This document shows, one piece after another, positions 1 through 8,244 of a stretch of 64,000 nucleotides of DNA. Source of the stretch: Longimicrobiales bacterium. GTDB taxonomy: Bacteria; Gemmatimonadota; Gemmatimonadetes; Longimicrobiales; Gaopeijiaceae. Positions within the stretch are counted from its first letter, which is position 1, and each line of letters starts with the position of its first letter. The notes beneath the pieces are model-generated. The model was not told the origin of the DNA and did not search any database. It saw only the letters and a program-made list of their open reading frames with translations. Where the stretch lies: the NCBI GenBank assembly GCA_965219445.1, contig CBDCNQ010000004.1:800001-864000 (forward strand), read 5' to 3'. A program made the translations under genes and the position numbers.

Positions 1-514
1 CCGTAAGCCGACTGCCTCCTGCTGCACCGACAGCCAGCGCGATACCGAAGTCGGCGATCAGAGGCTCACCACGACTAAGAAGGATGTTGGCGGGTTTGAT
101 GTCGTGGTGGATGATGCCCTGCTCGTGGGCAGTCTGGAGCGCACCCGCCACCGCCGTCGCTATGCGGACAGCTTCATCAACAGGAAGCTGCTTCTCTCGG
201 TCGATCCGGTCACGGAGGGTCTCGCCCTCTATGTATGGCATCACGTAGAACAGGAAGCTGTCGGCCTCACCCGAATCGAAGAGCGGCAGTATGTGCGGAT
301 GCTGGAGGTTGGCCGTGGTCTTGATCTCGGCCAAGAAGCGTTCGGCACCGACGACTGCGGCCAGCTCGGGTTTGAGCACCTTCAGTGCGACCTTGCGATC
401 GTGCTTGATGTCCTCGGCCACGTAGACCGTCGCCATGCCGCCTTCGCCAAGCTCGCGCTCGATGGCGTAGCAGCCTTCGAGGGCGGCGTTTAGACGGGCG
501 ACGAAGTCGGACAT
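1..514 (-). CDS. Ser/Thr protein kinase, N-terminal part (runs off the window edge); paralog of the kinases at 53885-59227
   Basis: Manual translation from ATG at 514: MSDFVARLNAALEGCYAIERELGEGGMATVYVAEDIKHDRKVALKVLKPELAAVVGAERF...IIHHDIKPANILL...ADFGIALAV. Absent from the ORF track because no stop lies in the window. Confidence 0.92.
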   Translation of the reverse strand, partial: MSDFVARLNAALEGCYAIERELGEGGMATVYVAEDIKHDRKVALKVLKPELAAVVGAERFLAEIKTTANLQHPHILPLFDSGEADSFLFYVMPYIEGETLRDRIDREKQLPVDEAVRIATAVAGALQTAHEQGIIHHDIKPANILLSRGEPLIADFGIALAVGAAGGSRLT

Positions 515-557
515 GGGGGACAAGATGCGTCGAGGCTGCGCAAAGCTGCAAGCACCT
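515..557 (-). promoter_or_regulatory. Candidate leaderless promoter of the kinase (TTGCAG-N18-CATCTT-N7-ATG)
   Basis: Same spacing and motifs occur upstream of the paralog at 59227 (TTGCCG-N18-CATGTT-N7-ATG); no Shine-Dalgarno in either. Confidence 0.5.
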
Positions 558-617
558 CCAACGTACCCACGTGGCTTCGGTCGATGAAGACCCGGGTCGG
601 CATGTCTTGGGCCTCAA

Positions 618-683
618 TAGCCGGGCTTCAGCCGGACCTCAGCCGGACCTCAGCCGGACCTTAGCCGGACTTCAGCCGAACTT
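618..683. repeat. 11-bp tandem repeat (CAGCCGGACCT), about 6 copies
   Basis: tagccgggctt cagccggacct cagccggacct cagccggacct tagccggactt cagccgaactt. Confidence 0.9.
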
Positions 684-761
684 CGAGCATGCTGTCCAAG
701 GAGCCTGTGCCGAAAAGGGCGACGAGGCGCTTCGGTTCCTGGGGCCGAGGGCCTCGATGAG

Positions 762-792
762 AAATCTGTCCAATCCAGACATGGACAGATTT
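762..792. repeat. 11-bp perfect inverted repeat with 9-nt spacer
   Basis: AAATCTGTCCA-atccagaca-TGGACAGATTT. Confidence 0.85.
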
Positions 793-1024
793 GGGCGCTC
801 GTGTTCGGGCGTGTCCGGGACATCAGTGCCGTTGCTCCCTGCACGCCCGTTAGCTGGCGGCTGAGCCCAATGACGCCATAAGGCCCCGCTCGATGCCCTG
901 CCGACCCCCGTTCGGCGCTCTCGTGGCCCGTGAGAGACTCCCGAAATCCACCGTTATATTGTGACATAACTCGTTGTCATAACTGTATTTGAGAGGGATC
1001 GTGAGAGGAGTCACGGGAGGGATC

Positions 1025-2521
1025 ATGGAAGGGAGCATGGGGAGGACGTCTCAGGAGGCGAGGAGCCCAGATCAGCAGGCGCTGGAGTCCGATGCCCGCT
1101 TCGAGCGCATGGAGCGAGTCGCTGTGCTTTACGGTGAGATCACGGCCGCGACCCGGGAGTTCTTGGCGGCGCTCGCGCGCTCGGATCGGCACGGGGACTG
1201 GGAGGAGGAGGGCTTCGGCTCCTGCGCCGAGTGGCTCGCGTGGCAGATCGGCATTACGCGCGGTACGGCGAACGAGAAAGTCAGGGCCGCTCGGGCGCTC
1301 GAGGATCTTCCGCTCATTTCCGAGGCGATGGCCAGGGGCGAAATCTCGTTTAGCAAAGTCCGGGCGTTGACACGTGCGGCCACGTCACAGAACGAGAGCG
1401 AGCTTCTCGAGTTCGCTCGTGCGGGTTCGGCCGCCAATCTGGAGCGATTGGTGAGGGGCTGGAAGACGCTGAGCCGGTCCGACGAGCAGCAGGCGGACCA
1501 GGTCCGACACAGCAGGAGGTGCTTCTCGGTCTTCCCGGACGAAGACGGGATGTACGTGGTTCGGGGCCGGCTGGACCCGGAGGTCGGAGCGGCCCTGATG
1601 CGTGCGGTGGAGGCGGCGAGCGATGCTTTGTTTGCGGAGACGAGCAAGAACAACGACGACGGGAGGCGCGACCGGGAAGCGCCCGAGCCCGTTCAGCTGC
1701 GAGCGGACGCGGTCGGTCTGCTCGCCGAGCGGGCGCTCGCGGCGGGGTTTGCGGTCGGAGTCGGGGTCGGAGACCACGCCCCCGTCAGCGGCTCCCGGGC
1801 GCAGCGGTACCAGGTGGTGCTCCACGTCGAAGCCGCGACCCTCGCGGCGGAGGGCGAGCCTGGCCGCTCCGAGCTCGAAGACGGCACGCGAGTTTCCGCG
1901 GAAACTGCCCGCAGGCTGGCGTGCGACGCGAGCCGGATCGAGGTCCGTCACGCCGCCGCCAGCTCCGCTCCGGGGTCAACGGTCGGCTCAGCTCCGGGCT
2001 CAGGTCTCGGCTCAGCCCCGAGCTCAGCCCTCGGCCCAGCCCCGGGCTCAACCCCACGCTCACCCGATGGCCCCGTGCTCGACGTGGGCCGCAAGACCCG
2101 CACGATCCCGCCGGCGCTCCGCCGTGCGCTCGATGCCAGAGACCGCGGATGCCGGTTCCCAGGCTGTGGGCTCCGCTTTGCTGACGCCCACCACATCGTG
2201 CACTGGGCGGACGGCGGCGAGACGAGCCTGAGGAACGTCTGTCTCTTATGTCGCCGGCATCACAGGAGGGTCCACGAGGGCGGCTACCGGGTCTGTAGCG
2301 ACCGGAACGGGCAGGTCGTGTTCTTCACACCGAAGGGGAACCCATTGTTCGAGGCACCGCCGCTACCCGAGCTACCACCGGATCCGGTGGAGGCGCTGGT
2401 GCGTGACAACCGAGAACGGGGCATTAGGCCCAACGGCTTGAGTGGAGCGCCCAAGTGGAGACGGGATTGGGACATCCCGTGGGCGATCGAGGCAGCGGCC
2501 AGGGAGTCCGTCGATCCTTAG
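1025..2521 (+). CDS. DUF222-domain HNH endonuclease (13E12-repeat-like family)
   Basis: N-terminal 'DWEEEGFGSCAEWLAW...ARALEDLPLISEAMARGEISFSKVRALTR'; C-terminal 'RRALDARDRGCRFPGC...DAHHIVHWADGGETSLRNVCLLCRRHHRRVH'. GGAGG precedes ATG 1025 (track ORF starts at 989). Confidence 0.88.
   Translation: MEGSMGRTSQEARSPDQQALESDARFERMERVAVLYGEITAATREFLAALARSDRHGDWEEEGFGSCAEWLAWQIGITRGTANEKVRAARALEDLPLISEAMARGEISFSKVRALTRAATSQNESELLEFARAGSAANLERLVRGWKTLSRSDEQQADQVRHSRRCFSVFPDEDGMYVVRGRLDPEVGAALMRAVEAASDALFAETSKNNDDGRRDREAPEPVQLRADAVGLLAERALAAGFAVGVGVGDHAPVSGSRAQRYQVVLHVEAATLAAEGEPGRSELEDGTRVSAETARRLACDASRIEVRHAAASSAPGSTVGSAPGSGLGSAPSSALGPAPGSTPRSPDGPVLDVGRKTRTIPPALRRALDARDRGCRFPGCGLRFADAHHIVHWADGGETSLRNVCLLCRRHHRRVHEGGYRVCSDRNGQVVFFTPKGNPLFEAPPLPELPPDPVEALVRDNRERGIRPNGLSGAPKWRRDWDIPWAIEAAARESVDP
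1961..2065 (+). repeat. In-frame 12-bp degenerate tandem repeat (GSAP/GSTV units) inside the HNH gene
   Basis: Encodes SSAP GSTV GSAP GSGL GSAP SSAL GPAP GSTP. Confidence 0.8.
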
Positions 2522-2524
2522 GAC

Positions 2525-2614
2525 GAGCCGGAAGCGGACGAGCCGTCCATCCACGGGTCATCCGTCCACCAGCCGTCCGTCCGCGAGTCGGCTGTCACCG
2601 GGTCGGCCGTCTAC
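2525..2614 (+). repeat. 15-bp degenerate tandem repeat (about 6 copies) just after the HNH stop codon
   Basis: gagccggaagcggac gagccgtccatccac gggtcatccgtccac cagccgtccgtccgc gagtcggctgtcacc gggtcggccgtctac. Confidence 0.7.
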
Positions 2615-2808
2615 CCGTCCTCCTCGTCCGCAGTTTCCGCGGGAATCGCCGCAGCTTCAGCGCCGCGGCTTCTTCGGTTCGAGGGCACACACCGGGGACG
2701 CGCCGTCTAATGAGGACTGCGGGAGCCTCTTACTCCAAAGCGTGCCTGACGCACGGAGTTTTCACGCGTCGCACCCTCGCGACTCTTAGCCGGGAGGCCT
2801 CTCAACCG

Positions 2809-2858
2809 TTGCCAACGGCCCAGAAGTATTGTATCCTTTAATCCGGATTTATGGATAC
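2809..2858 (+). promoter_or_regulatory. sigma70-type promoter with an overlapping palindromic operator (candidate SahR site)
   Basis: TTGCCA(2809-2814)-N17-TATCCT(2832-2837); 28-bp imperfect palindrome GTATCCTTTAATCCGGATTTATGGATAC (2831-2858). Confidence 0.7.
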
Positions 2859-3801
2859 TATAGCAGCTGAACCTCGTGTCTTCGATCGAATGAGCGCTTT
2901 GGGCGACCTGGCCCGAGGACGCCTTCTCCTTCTTTTGGAGCAGGGCGAGTTCACGGTCTCCGAGCTCGTTCGGGTCTCCCAGCTGCCGCAGTCGACGGTG
3001 AGCCGCCATCTGAAGATTCTCGCGGATGACGGATGGGTGACGTCCCGAGCGAGTGGGACCAGCCACTTTTACCGGATGGCCGTATCTCTCGAGCCGGCGG
3101 CCCGCGAGCTGTGGGCGTTGGTTCGTCCCGATGTGGCCGCGGCGGGGTTGGCGGAGGAGGACGGAGAACGGGCCCGCGCGGTCGTACGTGATCGGCGAGG
3201 ACGCTCGCGCAAGTTCTTTTCGGGTGTGGCCCGGCGCTGGGACAGCGTCCGGGAGGAGTTGTTCGGAAGTGACTCGGAGATGCTTCCTCTCTTCGGCCTC
3301 CTGAACCCCAGCGCCACACTGGGTGACCTCGGCGCGGGGACGGGACACTTCGCGGCCCGTGTGGCTCCCTTCGTGAGCCGGGTCATCGCGGTGGACGCTT
3401 CGGATGAAATGCTCGAAGCGGCGCGCGACCGCCTGGACGGTACGGCCAACGTGGAGCTGCGTTGTGGTGACCTCGAGGACCTTCCGATCGACGACGGCGA
3501 GTTGGACGTGGCCGTGCTCCTCCTGGTGCTTCACTACGTGGTGGAGCCCGAGGCCGTACTGAGGGAAGCGCGTCGGACGCTCAAGCCGGGCGGTCGCGTC
3601 GTGATCGTGGACATGCGGAGCCACTCTCGGGAGGGGTACCAGGAAGAGATGGGCCATGTGTGGCCCGGCTTCGATGATGCGGAGCTGGCCAACTGGCACC
3701 GAGAGGCGGAGCTCCTCGACTTCGCCTACCGTCCATTACCCGCCCGTCCCGAGGCATCGGGACCTCTGCTCTTCGTCACGTCGGCGACCCGCGCATGCTG
3801 A
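2851..3801 (+). CDS. sahR: ArsR-HTH / SAM-dependent methyltransferase fusion regulator (SahR-like)
   Basis: ArsR HTH 'VSELVRVSQLPQSTVSRHLKIL' plus methyltransferase motif 'DLGAGTG' and 'LKPGGRVVIVD'; directly upstream of ahcY. Confidence 0.85.
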   Translation: MDTIAAEPRVFDRMSALGDLARGRLLLLLEQGEFTVSELVRVSQLPQSTVSRHLKILADDGWVTSRASGTSHFYRMAVSLEPAARELWALVRPDVAAAGLAEEDGERARAVVRDRRGRSRKFFSGVARRWDSVREELFGSDSEMLPLFGLLNPSATLGDLGAGTGHFAARVAPFVSRVIAVDASDEMLEAARDRLDGTANVELRCGDLEDLPIDDGELDVAVLLLVLHYVVEPEAVLREARRTLKPGGRVVIVDMRSHSREGYQEEMGHVWPGFDDAELANWHREAELLDFAYRPLPARPEASGPLLFVTSATRAC

Positions 3802-3906
3802 ATTCACCTGGAGACTGAAGTGGTGCTACCGTACTCAATTCGTCTTTCCGTACTGGAATCGTTTGTTCGTACTCACTTGTCCCTTTCATAGTTGAGGTCT
3901 GAACCC

Positions 3907-5394
3907 ATGGATACCGCAGTCATAAACGAGAAGGGTGGCTCGGCCACCGATGAAGCCCGCCCGGGCTACAAGGTCGCCGACCTTTCACTCGCCGAATGGG
4001 GACGTAAAGAGATCCGCCTGGCCGAGCAGGAAATGCCCGGCCTTATGGCAGCCCGTGCGGAATACGGCCCCGAGAAGGCCCTCGCCGGTCTCAAGATCAT
4101 GGGTTCACTCCACATGACGGTGCAAACCGCTGTGTTGATCGAGACGCTCGTGGACCTCGGTGCCGACGTGCGTTGGGTCTCCTGTAATATTTTTTCGACT
4201 CAGGATCACGCGGCTGCAGCGGTCGCGGTGGGCCCCGAAGGCACACCAGACGCCCTCAAGGGCATTCCTGTCTTCGCCTGGAAGGGTGAGACGCTGGCGG
4301 AATACTGGTGGGCCACCGAGCAAGCGCTCGAGTGGCCCGACGGCAGCGGCCCCGACCTCATCGTGGACGACGGTGGTGACGCAACGCTCCTGCTTCACCG
4401 AGGCGTCGAGTACGAGGCCGCGGGCCGTGTCCCCGATTTCGACCCTGAGACCGAGCCCGAGGAGTGGAGGATCATTCTCGAGCTTCTGCATAGCTCCCTG
4501 GCCCAGGACCCCCAGAAATGGCATCGCATCTCAGCGAACGTCATCGGCGTCTCCGAGGAGACCACGACGGGTGTGCATCGCCTCTACGAGATGGAGAAGG
4601 ACGGCACGCTGCTCTTCCCCGCCATCAATGTGAACGACTCGGTGACCAAGTCGAAATTCGACAACCTCTACGGATGCCGTCACTCGGTTATCGACGGATT
4701 GAATCGGGCAACCGACGTGATGATTTCCGGAAAGATGGCCGTTGTTTGCGGTTACGGCGACGTCGGGAAGGGCTGTGCCCAAGCGCTCAAGAGTCAGGGG
4801 GCCCGGGTGGTCATCACCGAGATCGACCCGATCTGCGCGCTTCAGGCTTGCATGGAAGGCTTCACGGTGCGTCGTATCGAAGACGTGCTCGGCGAAGCCG
4901 ACATCTTCGTGACGACCACTGGAAACAAGGACATCATTACAGCCGAGCACATGGCGGGCATGAAGGACAAAGCCATCGTCGGCAACATCGGCCACTTCGA
5001 CAATGAGATCCAAATGGCCGGCTTGGAACGGATGCCCGGTGTCCGAAGAGACAACGTCAAGCCGCAGTACGACGAGTGGATCTTTCCGGACGGCCACAGC
5101 GTGATGATCCTGGCCGAGGGGCGTCTGCTCAACCTGGGATGCGCCACGGGTCATCCGAGCTTCGTCATGTCGGCGAGCTTCACTAACCAGGTGATCGCGC
5201 AGATCGAACTCGCCCGGAACCGGAACTCGTACGAAAAGAGAGTCTACGTACTCCCAAAGATTCTGGACGAGAAGGTCGCGCGGCTCCACCTCGATAAGTT
5301 GAGTGCTCGGCTTACCGAGCTCTCAGACGAGCAGGCGGCCTACATAGGCGTGGAAAAAGGGGGACCGTATAAGCCGGATACGTACCGCTACTAG
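3907..5394 (+). CDS. ahcY: Adenosylhomocysteinase
   Basis: [63 protein letters not shown]-terminal YRY. Confidence 0.98.
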   Translation: MDTAVINEKGGSATDEARPGYKVADLSLAEWGRKEIRLAEQEMPGLMAARAEYGPEKALAGLKIMGSLHMTVQTAVLIETLVDLGADVRWVSCNIFSTQDHAAAAVAVGPEGTPDALKGIPVFAWKGETLAEYWWATEQALEWPDGSGPDLIVDDGGDATLLLHRGVEYEAAGRVPDFDPETEPEEWRIILELLHSSLAQDPQKWHRISANVIGVSEETTTGVHRLYEMEKDGTLLFPAINVNDSVTKSKFDNLYGCRHSVIDGLNRATDVMISGKMAVVCGYGDVGKGCAQALKSQGARVVITEIDPICALQACMEGFTVRRIEDVLGEADIFVTTTGNKDIITAEHMAGMKDKAIVGNIGHFDNEIQMAGLERMPGVRRDNVKPQYDEWIFPDGHSVMILAEGRLLNLGCATGHPSFVMSASFTNQVIAQIELARNRNSYEKRVYVLPKILDEKVARLHLDKLSARLTELSDEQAAYIGVEKGGPYKPDTYRY

Positions 5395-5419
5395 CGTGCC
5401 CTCATTCGGTCGGTGCCGG

Positions 5420-6967
5420 CTAGGGTGCCCTCGTCCGGTCGGCGCCCGCCATCACCCGCACGATCTCGGACCGGTCCTCCTCGGAGGGAAAGCCCCATCC
5501 CGACCGGTACCCGAAAAGCTCCAGAAGCGTCGCGGATCCAAAGCGGCCATCCAGGATCTCGATCATGTCTGCCGACAGGAGCCCGGGATGGGCCACGCCG
5601 CTCGCGCGGCTCAGTTGCAGGATTTCCTTACGAAGCGTGATCACGTAGTTGGCCAGACGGGCGGCCTTCGACGTCGGATCCAAGCCCCGCACCAACCAAC
5701 GATTCTGGGTCGTCACTCCAGTGGGGCAGCGTCCAGTATGGCACCTCTGCGCCTGAATACATCCGATGGCCATCATCGCCTCACGCGCCACGTTGATCGT
5801 GTCGCACCCAAGCGCAAAGGCGACCATCGCGTTGACCGGCAGACCCAGTTTTCCCGACCCCATCAGGACCACATTCTCGTGGATCCCAGCTTCGGCGAGA
5901 ATGGGATACACACGGCTGAATCCGACCTTGAAGGGCAACGCTACATGATCCGAAAACGCGAGAGGTGCGGCTCCGGTCCCGCCCTCTCCCCCGTCGATGG
6001 AAATGAAGTCGACCCCCCGATCCTCCTTCGACATGAGGTTCGCCAACTCCTCCCAGAAGTGGTGCTCCCCGACCGCGGATTTGATGCCAATCGGTAGTCC
6101 CGTCGCATCGGCCAACATCTCCACGAAATCCAACATTTCATCGACGCCCCCGAAGGCGGAGTGCACCGCCGGACTGAACACGTCCTCTCCCACCGGAACG
6201 CCCCGAATCCGGGCGATCTCCCTCGTCACCTTGGCCCCCGGAAGTACTCCGCCAAGGCCGGGCTTGGCCCCCTGGCTGAGCTTGATTTCCACCGCACGCA
6301 CGGGACTCATTTCGACTTGGTCCAGGAACAAGTCCATGTCGAATCGACCCGCCTTCGTTCGGCAGCCGAAGTAGCCCGTCCCCAGCTGCCAGATCAAGTC
6401 ACCACCCTGAAAGTGATAAGGGGAGATGCCCCCTTCGCCTGTGTTTTGGAGGCAGCCCGCGATCCTGGCGCCCTGGTTCAAGGCGCTCACGGCGGCGCTC
6501 GACAGCGAGCCAAAGCTCATTCCAGAGATGTTCACCGCCGAATCGGGGCGGAAGGACCGTGCCCGCCCTCGGGCCCCACCCAGAACCTTCGCGCACGGAA
6601 GGGGATAGGTCTCGTCGGCTCCTGCCTGCCCGTACGCCTCACCTGCAGCACATCGGCCGGCACCCATGACCCTATGCTTGATGATGACGTAGTTGGACGT
6701 CCCTTCGACGTCGTTGTCCGTGCCGAAGCCGAAGTAGTTGTTCTCCTTCTTGCTCGAGGCGTAGACCCACCTCCGCTGGTCCCTCGAAAAGGGCAGCTCC
6801 TCGTCGTTGTCTGTAACGATGTACTGCCTCAACTCTGGGCCGACCGACTCCAAGATGTATCGGAAGTGGCCAATGATCGGAAAATTTCGAAGAATGGCGC
6901 GGCGTTTCTGGAGGACGTCATAGAGAACGACTGCCACCAACGCGAGTCCTACAACCCAAAGACCCAT
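5420..6967 (-). CDS. FMN-binding glutamate synthase family protein
   Basis: NISGMSFGSLS, NTGEGG, EIKLSQGAKPGLGG, DGGEGGTGAAP, GCIQAQRCHTGRCPTGVTTQ; N-terminal TM segment. Confidence 0.92.
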   Translation of the reverse strand: MGLWVVGLALVAVVLYDVLQKRRAILRNFPIIGHFRYILESVGPELRQYIVTDNDEELPFSRDQRRWVYASSKKENNYFGFGTDNDVEGTSNYVIIKHRVMGAGRCAAGEAYGQAGADETYPLPCAKVLGGARGRARSFRPDSAVNISGMSFGSLSSAAVSALNQGARIAGCLQNTGEGGISPYHFQGGDLIWQLGTGYFGCRTKAGRFDMDLFLDQVEMSPVRAVEIKLSQGAKPGLGGVLPGAKVTREIARIRGVPVGEDVFSPAVHSAFGGVDEMLDFVEMLADATGLPIGIKSAVGEHHFWEELANLMSKEDRGVDFISIDGGEGGTGAAPLAFSDHVALPFKVGFSRVYPILAEAGIHENVVLMGSGKLGLPVNAMVAFALGCDTINVAREAMMAIGCIQAQRCHTGRCPTGVTTQNRWLVRGLDPTSKAARLANYVITLRKEILQLSRASGVAHPGLLSADMIEILDGRFGSATLLELFGYRSGWGFPSEEDRSEIVRVMAGADRTRAP

Positions 6968-7147
6968 GGCATAATTCCTGTCGTGGTCAGTGAAATGAAC
7001 ACTTACTTCATACCGTCCTAACGGACCACCTACAAGGTCCCTCCGAACAATCCCGCTGGGCTCCAGGGAAGCCTCAGTGCATATTACGTAGAGGAGGAAC
7101 AAGATCGGAGTACCATGAACCTCATTTCCTGAGCCATCCTGTCATCC

Positions 7148-7684
7148 ATGGACGAGAAGCACGAGGAAGAGCGCAAGCCGATCAACTGGCCAGGATCCAG
7201 CGAATATGGGGATGCCCTAAAGGACATCCTGCAGGACCAGGCGCGTCGAACTGAACGTCGGGGTGCCGCGGGTCCGAAGTCCGGTCGGCCCCGTCTGCAC
7301 CCCTCCGTTCCCCCTGTCCTGGCTCTCGTGTCGGTTTGGCTTTGGGCCTTCCCACCTGCTGCACTAGGTCCAGAGGCGCCGACGATCCCGCTCGCTAATC
7401 AAGAGGCCGGTCTTCGCATGGAAATGTTCATACAGTTCAACAACATCCAGCGATATATGGCGGAGAATGGGCGCCTACCCAGCAACCTTGGGGAAGTGGG
7501 CGACAGTCCCGTTGCCCTGCAGTACGTTCCTCTGGGCGGGAATGTCTTTCGACTGAGCGGCCAGAGCGGGGACATCACGGTGGATTTCAACTCTACCGAT
7601 TCGGTAGAGGACCTCCTCGGCGACGCGATGGCGATCGTTTCCGGAGGCTCGCCGTCGGCTCCCAGAGAGGTACCGGCGATATGA
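7148..7684 (+). CDS. Hypothetical membrane-anchored protein with a pseudopilin-like C-terminal region
   Basis: 178-aa ORF with one TM segment; 'IQRYMAENGRLPSNL' resembles a pilin alpha-helix end; ATGA overlap with the next gene. Confidence 0.6.
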   Translation: MDEKHEEERKPINWPGSSEYGDALKDILQDQARRTERRGAAGPKSGRPRLHPSVPPVLALVSVWLWAFPPAALGPEAPTIPLANQEAGLRMEMFIQFNNIQRYMAENGRLPSNLGEVGDSPVALQYVPLGGNVFRLSGQSGDITVDFNSTDSVEDLLGDAMAIVSGGSPSAPREVPAI

Positions 7685-8118
7685 TCAGGGGCACCACGAA
7701 GGACCGTAAGGGGTTGAGCCTGATCGAGCTCATCACCGTGATGGTCGTCATCAGCATCGTCGCTGCCATCGCAACGCCCATGCTCCGCGACGTCATTGTC
7801 AGGGCCCGGGCGGCGGATGCCATCAGCGACATGCAGCTCGTTCGGTTGGCCGCCTACAACTACCAGACGGATGAGCAGGCTTGGCCGTCCGAGGCGACTA
7901 GCGGCGTCGTTCCGTCGGGGCTCGAGGCGTACCTCCCGGAGGGCTTCGACCTCGTGACGAACAACTACACTCTGGACTTCGAGAATTGGGGCGGATCGCC
8001 CTTCATGGTCGGTGTCACCCTGATCACACCGGACACGACGTTCGGACGCACGGCACTGGGCATGCTGGCTTCACCCAAATGGAACGCGGGGGACAAGTAC
8101 ACCTGGGTGATCGAGTAA
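7681..8118 (+). CDS. Type IV pilin / prepilin-type N-terminal cleavage-methylation protein
   Basis: RKG|LSLIELITVMVVISIVAAIA class III signal peptide. Confidence 0.88.
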   Translation: MIRGTTKDRKGLSLIELITVMVVISIVAAIATPMLRDVIVRARAADAISDMQLVRLAAYNYQTDEQAWPSEATSGVVPSGLEAYLPEGFDLVTNNYTLDFENWGGSPFMVGVTLITPDTTFGRTALGMLASPKWNAGDKYTWVIE

Positions 8119-8244
8119 CCCCCAAATGGCGGAGTCCTGCCACCCCAAACCGCCTGGTTAAGCCATCCGCACTACGTTCCTTTTGTCGCCCGTAGCGCGG
8201 GTGTGTAGTATGGGGAAACCAAGGGCATCTGAGACCGGCCACAC

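Noticed and set aside
104..493. Plus-strand 129-aa ORF and the many other long antisense or alternate-frame ORFs (e.g. 57782-59047, 16486-17820, 39160-40410)
   Set aside because: Shadow ORFs expected in high-GC DNA opposite or overlapping well-supported genes.
618..683. CRISPR array
   Set aside because: Contiguous 11-bp units with no spacers; no cas genes in the window.
3802..3906. SAH or SAM riboswitch before ahcY
   Set aside because: No recognisable consensus or stems by eye; regulation is better explained by the upstream SahR-like gene. An Rfam scan would be decisive.
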